This document shows, one piece after another, positions 7,333-13,321 of a DNA stretch of 41,288 nt. The notes beneath the pieces are model-generated. The model was not told where the DNA came from, made no database searches, and saw only the letters and a program-made list of their open reading frames with translations. The first letter of the stretch is position 1, and the number at the start of each line of letters is the position of its first letter. A program made the position numbers and the translations under genes. Source of the stretch: a virus; the IMG/VR virus record IMGVR_UViG_3300023171_000003, positions 1 through 41,288 of that record, one strand, 5' to 3'.

Positions 7333-7908
7333 ATGAAAAAGATAAAATCTGTATTTCAACGAAACTACGATGGCAACCGCAAGGTTCGTGATGAAGTTGT
7401 CCCTGGCTCTGAATGGGTTCTATCTGGTGAGGGCATCGCGACTCGCAAGTATGATGGTATGGCGGTAGCAGTGATCGATGGCCAGCCATTCAAACGCTAT
7501 GACGCCAAAGCGGGCCGCACTCCACCGCCATCGTTCCGCCCAGCACAACCCGAAGCGGATCCGGTAAGCGGCCACTGGCCTGGATGGGTGCCAGCCGAAG
7601 GCAGCGATGCAAAACACGTTTTGAAGTGTTTGGCATGGGGCAGCGAATTCATATTCAAAGGCGGTCCTGTCCCGGATGGCACATACGAAGCATGCTCGCC
7701 GGAAATTGGAACACGCCATGGGGCAAACCCTGAGAATCTGAGTGGACCCCGACTATTCATCCACGGCGCTGATGTACTGGACGCCTTCCCGCGCGACTTC
7801 AGCGGCATTCGTGAGGCTCTCCGCGATAGTCCTATGGAGGGAGTGGTCTTCCATCATCCAGACGGACGCATGGCGAAGATCAAGAAATCAGATTTTGATT
7901 ATAGTTAA
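7333..7908 (+). CDS. Minimal ATP-dependent ligase-like nucleotidyltransferase (191 aa)
   Basis: Motif I KxDG (ATRKYDGMAVAV) and C-terminal EGVVFHHPDGRMAKIKK (motif IV/V-like). Start at the internal ATG after AAGGGGAA. Confidence 0.55.
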   Translation: MKKIKSVFQRNYDGNRKVRDEVVPGSEWVLSGEGIATRKYDGMAVAVIDGQPFKRYDAKAGRTPPPSFRPAQPEADPVSGHWPGWVPAEGSDAKHVLKCLAWGSEFIFKGGPVPDGTYEACSPEIGTRHGANPENLSGPRLFIHGADVLDAFPRDFSGIREALRDSPMEGVVFHHPDGRMAKIKKSDFDYS

Positions 7909-7917
7909 GGAGCCGGC

Positions 7918-8166
7918 ATGTACACCCAATGGATTATCGTTGTAGTAGCGCTCCTTCTCGGCGGCTACGGATTCCGCCAGATCCGCAAAGCTGGCGAGGA
8001 CATCACCGCAGAGAAAGAGCGCCATGCCTACGATGCACTGGTAAAGCGCCAGCAAGAGCACTCTGCCGAGCAAGCGCGCAAGCAGGCATTCAAGGACATC
8101 GGACCATACCTGCGGCGCGAGCTGAAGGATCACAGGAACCCAACGCGGCCAGGGAGTAAGGTATGA
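7918..8166 (+). CDS. N-terminally membrane-anchored protein (82 aa)
   Basis: AAGGAG RBS; TM segment WIIVVVALLLGGYGF followed by a charged tail. Confidence 0.5.
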   Translation: MYTQWIIVVVALLLGGYGFRQIRKAGEDITAEKERHAYDALVKRQQEHSAEQARKQAFKDIGPYLRRELKDHRNPTRPGSKV

Positions 8167-8492
8167 AGACGGATCGTGAGTTGTTGGAACTGGCAGCGAA
8201 AGCTGAAGGTCACGGCATCTGGATTGATGACGAAGGAAGCGGCTTGGTTTTCCTCAATGATAAATTTACCGGCGTCTTGTGGAACCCTCTTCATAACGAC
8301 GGTGACGCGCTGCGGCTGGCTTCCAAGTTGCGGTTAATGATCAAGCCCGGTAAGCATCTTGGCGATGGCTGCACGGTAGAATCTCAGCAAAGCGGTATCG
8401 CCGGCTGTACCTGCTTCCGAGACGACCCCGCCGAACAAATGCGGGTCGCAATTGTTCGAGCTGCCGCATCCATAGGGGAGCAGATGCCATGA
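8163..8492 (+). CDS. Hypothetical nin-region-type protein (DUF2591-like by pattern)
   Basis: MKTDRELLELAAKAEG...WNPLHNDGDALRLASKL...RVAIVRAAA pattern is common in lambdoid phages. Confidence 0.5.
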   Translation: MKTDRELLELAAKAEGHGIWIDDEGSGLVFLNDKFTGVLWNPLHNDGDALRLASKLRLMIKPGKHLGDGCTVESQQSGIAGCTCFRDDPAEQMRVAIVRAAASIGEQMP

Positions 8493-8884
8493 TCGGCCAG
8501 CATACGCCCGGGAAGATGGTTGCAAATGGTACAGAGGTATGGTCAGAGGATGAATGCGAAAGTTGCCATCCTATAGTCGGGTACGATTATGATAATCGTT
8601 CCTGCCGTCTGCCGGAGGAATTGGAGGCCAATGCTCGACGCATTGCCGCATGCTGGAATGCTTTTGATGGATATTCCACTAATGCTATTGAAAACTTGCA
8701 GTCGCTGAAGCAGTTTATACGTGATAAGGATAAGAAACTCACCGAAGCTCGCGCATTGCTAAAAGAAATAGTTGGAGATTGGGCTCCATTTATGGGAGCT
8801 ATTGAACTATGCGCAATAGATGGATGCTCTTGGTACGAGAGAGCTAAAAGCTATCTTGACGCATGCAATACGCTGGGAGAATGA
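8489..8884 (+). CDS. Ead/Ea22-like protein
   Basis: EANARRIAACWNAF motif (compare EANARLIAAAPEL in Ead/Ea22-like proteins). Confidence 0.45.
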   Translation: MIGQHTPGKMVANGTEVWSEDECESCHPIVGYDYDNRSCRLPEELEANARRIAACWNAFDGYSTNAIENLQSLKQFIRDKDKKLTEARALLKEIVGDWAPFMGAIELCAIDGCSWYERAKSYLDACNTLGE

Positions 8885-8885
8885 C

Positions 8886-9020
8886 ATGAAAGCTGCTCAT
8901 GTAGCCCGCATTGCGGAAATCGAGTATAGCAAGCTTATGCGCCGCATTCTTGATCGATTGGATGCTGGTGACTGGGATAAGTTCAACTGGGGTACTTGGA
9001 AGGGATGGAACAATATATGA
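8886..9020 (+). CDS. Small hypothetical protein (44 aa)
   Basis: Internal ATG of ORF 8820-9020, just after the upstream stop. Confidence 0.35.
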   Translation: MKAAHVARIAEIEYSKLMRRILDRLDAGDWDKFNWGTWKGWNNI

Positions 9021-9310
9021 GCGAACAATACAAAGACCGTCCAGCGCGATCAGTGGTTTGTGCTGCCAACAAATACGGCGATCTAGTTTTCATCGGAGTT
9101 CGCCACTTCTGCCCTGTGATGCAGTTCAACATGCGGACCCATGATATACCGGGTCTTCGCAGGACGCGAGGCGAGGTACAAGGATTCATCGACCAATTCG
9201 GCGTGTTCATGGATCGCAAAGAGGCAGCAATTGTTGCTAAGGAATCGGGGCAGCTTGCGCGCTACGGCGACAACTTCCCCGAAGTGTTGTTCAGCGAAGA
9301 CTTGTACTAG
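9017..9310 (+). CDS. Hypothetical protein (97 aa)
   Basis: ATGA overlap with the upstream gene; alternative starts at 8996 or 9005. Confidence 0.5.
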   Translation: MSEQYKDRPARSVVCAANKYGDLVFIGVRHFCPVMQFNMRTHDIPGLRRTRGEVQGFIDQFGVFMDRKEAAIVAKESGQLARYGDNFPEVLFSEDLY

Positions 9311-9318
9311 GAAAAACC

Positions 9319-9522
9319 ATGAACGCCGCAACTACCCTTCTCCACGACATGCGAGGCCAGCAACTGAAGGCCCTAGCACGCATCATAGGCGAGCTAAAGC
9401 CAGAGGACGCAGACCGCGTGCGGCGCTTTGCAACGCTGGCAGGACCGCTCTACGACACGCGCAACCTTAGCGATAAGTCGCTTGAGGAGATTGATGTGAT
9501 GACAGGAAGGTATTTTCAATGA
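9319..9522 (+). CDS. Hypothetical protein (67 aa)
   Basis: AGGAAAAACC RBS. Confidence 0.5.
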   Translation: MNAATTLLHDMRGQQLKALARIIGELKPEDADRVRRFATLAGPLYDTRNLSDKSLEEIDVMTGRYFQ

Positions 9523-9665
9523 GCCAAGAAGAATTATTTTTATGGTGTGAAGTTGGCGTAGGGGTAGGCGTAATATTCGGCATAATCGTCGGTCAAATTT
9601 TCAGTGAAATCTTTATCTGGAAGCGCCCGTGGCGACAAGCACTGAAATTCTGGAGGATGGAATGA
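9519..9665 (+). CDS. Small membrane protein (48 aa)
   Basis: Hand-translated MSQEELFLWCEVGVGVGVIFGIIVGQIFSEIFIWKRPWRQALKFWRME. ATGA overlaps at both ends. Confidence 0.4.
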   Translation: MSQEELFLWCEVGVGVGVIFGIIVGQIFSEIFIWKRPWRQALKFWRME

Positions 9666-9829
9666 CTACCGAAGAACATGAGAGGGCGCGCAGAGAACTC
9701 GGATTCACCAAACCGGACGACGAGCCGCGCTATACGGAGACCACCTACAAGACGGTAGATGGTGGTGAAATAGTAATACGAACTTCTGTGAATTTGGTGA
9801 TGCGCAAGATATTTACGAGGCCGATATGA
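9662..9829 (+). CDS. Hypothetical protein (55 aa)
   Basis: Internal ATG of the GTG-started ORF 9629-9829, coupled to the upstream stop. Confidence 0.4.
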   Translation: MTTEEHERARRELGFTKPDDEPRYTETTYKTVDGGEIVIRTSVNLVMRKIFTRPI

Positions 9830-10050
9830 GTGAGATTTCTTATTATAAAACGGTTAATTATTCATTTCAGATGCAAAATATGAAGCCGCGCATCAAGCTA
9901 TTGTCATGGCATAACGCAGGCTGGCGGCGAATGTGGATGTGCGGTGTTTCTACGATGGACCCATATGCATACGTTGCTGCTACGCCACAAGAAGCATATG
10001 CTGGCTGGAAAGCAAATCAGCCTGTTGACACCAAGAACAAACCACGATAA
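9826..10050 (+). CDS. Hypothetical protein (74 aa)
   Basis: ATGA overlap; last CDS before the long non-coding region. Confidence 0.5.
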   Translation: MSEISYYKTVNYSFQMQNMKPRIKLLSWHNAGWRRMWMCGVSTMDPYAYVAATPQEAYAGWKANQPVDTKNKPR

Positions 10051-10890
10051 CCTGAATCATCGACTGCATTGACGATAGCCCCGAAGCTGCGGCAGAGGGC
10101 GAAACCGGCAAGCGGCAAGAATTGTAGTAGTGCAAAGTAACAGGCAAGAAAATGGAAGTGGTTGCGCAGCATTAAGCAGTGCGCTGAGCGCGTGGTTCGA
10201 CTCCATGTCCGCAGTGACCGGCGCATCGGTCAATGAATTGCAGTAGTGCAGAGCCTGGCAACCAGACGCAGCTTTCCGAAAGGGATGGGCATTGTTTGAC
10301 TGGAAGCCAAATCCCGGCGACGCGGGGAGATAGCGAAGATGCAAAAGCGGATGCAGGCGGCAGGACCGCTCTGATACAGCGAGTAGCCCAAATGGTGTTG
10401 CATAGCAAGGCGCTGAAACTAGCCGACAGAAAATGCTGGCATCTGTTCACTATTAGCAAGAAGCTGTGCCATAGTCGGGCACGCCGGCAGCAACCGGCAT
10501 TGGTGAAACAGAGGGTATTCCGGGAACGGTAGAGCGGTCGTGCGGCACATGCCTCTAAGCATCGATACGTTGCGCCAAGGTTGAAAGACCTTGCCTCTGT
10601 TGTAATTAAGCTGCACTGACAAGGGATAAACTCAGTGCATCGCCTCACCCTCGTAAGGGGTGGCCTAACAAGTTTCACTTGGCATAGAAAGCGCTCCGGC
10701 AGGACCGGTCAAGCGGATTTATGCAGTCGTCAGAGGACGTGCACGAAATCTGATTCAGGTGAAACCTGTTAGGCGAATACTGTCAGAAGCTTCACCACTG
10801 ACTCGCCTATTCAGTTTCATGCGTCAGGCCTTCCCGATATTGGCCCGGGACTCCAAAGATCTTTGCCCGGCCACGCGCCGGGTTCTTTTT
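10051..10890 (+). ncRNA. Candidate large structured non-coding RNA or long structured leader/3'UTR; class not assignable by eye
   Basis: No credible ORF. Stems of 4-8 bp at 10354-10373, 10483-10498, 10576-10593, 10612-10639, 10692-10715 and 10771-10808. Small GAAA/UGAAA-loop hairpins at 10274-10285 and 10756-10768. T-loop-like GGTTCGACTCC. Ends in a canonical terminator. Confidence 0.35.
10865..10890 (+). terminator. Rho-independent terminator
   Basis: CCCGGC-CACGC-GCCGGG (6 GC pairs, 5-nt loop) followed by TTCTTTTT, 70 nt upstream of terS. Confidence 0.7.
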
Positions 10891-10960
10891 GTCTGCTGCT
10901 GTGATACACTTGCCGTATCGAAATCAATGAGGCTGGACAAGCTACGGCATCCAGGCAATC

Positions 10961-11434
10961 ATGACTAAGCAAGTTGCAGAGAAGAAGCCAAGAGGACGCC
11001 CGTCTCTCTACAAGAGCGAATATGATGAGCAAGCCCGCAAGCTTTGCCTCCTAGGCGCAACAGACCCGGAGCTAGCAGATTTCTTCGGCGTCAACATAGA
11101 TACTATCTACGAATGGAAGAATGTCCATGACAGTTTTTCCGATGCCATAAAAAGAGGCAAGATCCAAGCGGACTCAAATGTTGCTGATCGCCTCTATCAG
11201 CGCGCCATGGGATATGAGCATGCTGAGGTCGATATTCGCGTCGTTAATCAAGAAATCATCAAGACGCCAATCACTAAGATTTATGCGCCTGACCCTACGG
11301 CCGCTATCTTCTGGCTGAAGAACCGCCAACGTGCAAAATGGCGAGATAAAGTAGAGAGCGAGATTACCGGTGCAGATGGGGCTGACCTGATGGCCGGTAT
11401 CACGATTAAGCTTGTTGCTCCAAATGGAAGCTGA
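10961..11434 (+). CDS. terS: Terminase small subunit
   Basis: N-terminal KPRGRPSLY...ELADFFGVNIDTIYEWKNVHDSFSDAIKRGK HTH pattern typical of TerS; directly precedes and overlaps terL. Confidence 0.8.
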   Translation: MTKQVAEKKPRGRPSLYKSEYDEQARKLCLLGATDPELADFFGVNIDTIYEWKNVHDSFSDAIKRGKIQADSNVADRLYQRAMGYEHAEVDIRVVNQEIIKTPITKIYAPDPTAAIFWLKNRQRAKWRDKVESEITGADGADLMAGITIKLVAPNGS

Positions 11435-12668
11435 GTTTCCTGAGAAGCTAGGCTTCCTGTTCGCTCCTAAGCGCTACAAGATCATTCGCGGTGGACGCGG
11501 TTCAGGCAAGTCCTGGGGAGTCGCTCGCGCACTCTTATTGCAGGGCAGGGCAGGAAAGTTGCGCATTCTCTGCACTCGTGAGGTGCAGAAGTCTATCAAG
11601 GACTCCGTACACAAACTGCTGGGCGACCAGATCGCAGCAATGGGACTTGGTGGCTTCTACGAGATACTAGACGCTGAGATACGCGGCAAAAACGGCACCT
11701 CGTTCGTCTTCGCAGGTTTGGCTGGCAATACCATCGATTCGGTCAAGTCGTTTGAAGGCTGCGACCGCGTCTGGATCGAGGAAGGCCAGGCCGTCAAGAA
11801 GCGTTCGTGGGACGTGCTGATTCCTACCATCCGTAAGCCTGGCTCCGAGATATGGGTAACCTACAATCCCGAGCTGGAAAGCGACGACACGCATCAACGC
11901 TTTTTCACTGACGACGATGACACGACTGTTGTCGAAATGAATTATGTGGATAACCCGTGGTTCTCTGAGGTGCTGGATAAAGAGCGTCTTCGCTGTATGC
12001 AGCGCACGCCAAAGGATTACGACAATATCTGGCTGGGCAAGTGCAAGCCGGCGGTTGCTGGCGCTATCTACTATGACGAAGTTATCAAGATCGAGGACGA
12101 AAAGCGAATCTGCAACGTGCCATACGATCCGATGCTCAAGGTTCATGTTGTCTATGACTTGGGCTGGAATGACGCCATGGCAATCAGTCTGGTACAGCGC
12201 CAATCGTCTGAGCTACGCATCATTGAGTACATCGAAGATAGCCACAAGACGCTAGACCACTATTCCGCCATCCTCAAAGAGAAGCGTTACAACTGGGGTA
12301 AGGTATTCCTGCCACATGATGGCGAGCATCGCAACATACAGACAGGCAAGAGCGCGAAAGAGACGATGGAAGCGCTTGGCTGGGATGTGCTCATTACGCC
12401 GAACATGAGCGTTGAGGACGGCATCAGGGTCACGCGCATGACGCTAGGCCGCGTCTACTTCGACAAGACCAAGACAGAGCGCCTGATCCAATGCGCCAAG
12501 CGCTATCGTCGCTCAATCAACCAGCAGACGAATGAGCCAGGCGCGCCGCTTCATGATGAGTGGTCGCACGGTGCGGATAACCTACGTTATGTGTCAATCA
12601 ATGCCGACCAGATGACGAATGAGGAATGGGGCCAGAATCTGGCATACCCGAGCATGCGTAATGCTTAA
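11424..12668 (+). CDS. terL: Terminase large subunit (PBSX/Terminase_3-like)
   Basis: Walker A RGGRGSGKSW. Typical size and downstream nuclease half. ATG at 11424 preferred over the TTG at 11412. Confidence 0.9.
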   Translation: MEAEFPEKLGFLFAPKRYKIIRGGRGSGKSWGVARALLLQGRAGKLRILCTREVQKSIKDSVHKLLGDQIAAMGLGGFYEILDAEIRGKNGTSFVFAGLAGNTIDSVKSFEGCDRVWIEEGQAVKKRSWDVLIPTIRKPGSEIWVTYNPELESDDTHQRFFTDDDDTTVVEMNYVDNPWFSEVLDKERLRCMQRTPKDYDNIWLGKCKPAVAGAIYYDEVIKIEDEKRICNVPYDPMLKVHVVYDLGWNDAMAISLVQRQSSELRIIEYIEDSHKTLDHYSAILKEKRYNWGKVFLPHDGEHRNIQTGKSAKETMEALGWDVLITPNMSVEDGIRVTRMTLGRVYFDKTKTERLIQCAKRYRRSINQQTNEPGAPLHDEWSHGADNLRYVSINADQMTNEEWGQNLAYPSMRNA

Positions 12669-12681
12669 CCAAGGAGGAAGT

Positions 12682-12939
12682 ATGTGGAAACGTAATCCGT
12701 ACAGGAACCCATTGTGGTTTTTTTACAAACACGCATTCGGCTTCAATAATGGCGGTCGATACCTTAATTTCAGATATAACAGAGGTGAAAACGTTGATAT
12801 GAGGTTCTACCTATATTTCTTGGGACTTAGGTTCTCAGTCAGGCCCAAGATGTCCATGCCTAGCGACCAAGACATTAATTCCGAAATGGTAAAAGTCATT
12901 GAGCGGTGGGAAGCAAGAAGGAAAAAGGAGGAAGTATGA
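12682..12939 (+). CDS. Small hypothetical protein (85 aa), member 1 of an AT-rich small-ORF cassette
   Basis: Perfect AAGGAGGAAG RBS; internal ATG of ORF 12619-12939. Confidence 0.55.
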   Translation: MWKRNPYRNPLWFFYKHAFGFNNGGRYLNFRYNRGENVDMRFYLYFLGLRFSVRPKMSMPSDQDINSEMVKVIERWEARRKKEEV

Positions 12940-13085
12940 AGCTGTTCAAGAAAATATCTATTGGCTGGGTATTCAACGAAGGTGGTCGGCTATTGACGTT
13001 GAGTTATTTCCGTAGCTGGCCTAAAGGAAAGCGATTCCGTCTCTGGATGGGCTACAAGCGATTCAAGCGTGAATTCATCTTCTAA
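12936..13085 (+). CDS. Small basic protein (49 aa), paralog of 12682-12939
   Basis: Hand-translated MKLFKKISIGWVFNEGGRLLTLSYFRSWPKGKRFRLWMGYKRFKREFIF. Identical AAGGAGGAAGTATG initiation region; shared N.GGR.L...Y...RF.L..G..RF pattern. Confidence 0.5.
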   Translation: MKLFKKISIGWVFNEGGRLLTLSYFRSWPKGKRFRLWMGYKRFKREFIF

Positions 13086-13144
13086 TGCATAAATTACCAC
13101 CAACAAAGATTTCAGTGTAGAATTGCGCGAAATCGGGAGGAAAT

Positions 13145-13279
13145 ATGTTTAGCAAAGACGTATCTTGCAGTAGAAATGGCACAAACACTGTCATTACTCA
13201 ATACCGATTTATGGGTATTTTGCTGTACGAGAAAACGGTAGACATGTGGATTGCTCAGCATATTCATCATATGTCCTAA
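13145..13279 (+). CDS. Small hypothetical protein (44 aa)
   Basis: Hand-translated MFSKDVSCSRNGTNTVITQYRFMGILLYEKTVDMWIAQHIHHMS; GGGAGGAAA RBS. Confidence 0.4.
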   Translation: MFSKDVSCSRNGTNTVITQYRFMGILLYEKTVDMWIAQHIHHMS

Positions 13280-13321
13280 CTAAAACTTTCAGCGTATCGA
13301 TGTGAATCGCCCGCTAACCAA

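Noticed and set aside
10143-10215. Possible tRNA gene suggested by the GGTTCGACTCC T-arm
   Set aside because: No acceptor-stem complement lies at the expected distance, no D arm is present, and the candidate anticodon stem has an 11-nt loop. It is not a canonical cloverleaf.
10339-10374. 11-codon mini-ORF (MQKRMQAAGPL) preceded by GGGGAGA within the non-coding region
   Set aside because: It could be a leader peptide, but it is too short to support and it overlaps the 10354-10373 hairpin. It may be chance.
10172-10678. 168-aa minus-strand ORF, and the overlapping 99-aa plus-strand ORF 10233-10532, inside the long intergenic region
   Set aside because: The translations are Cys/Arg-rich and low in plausibility. 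There is no SD and no coupling to neighbours, the two ORFs overlap each other on opposite strands, and they span multiple stable hairpins. I treat them as non-coding.
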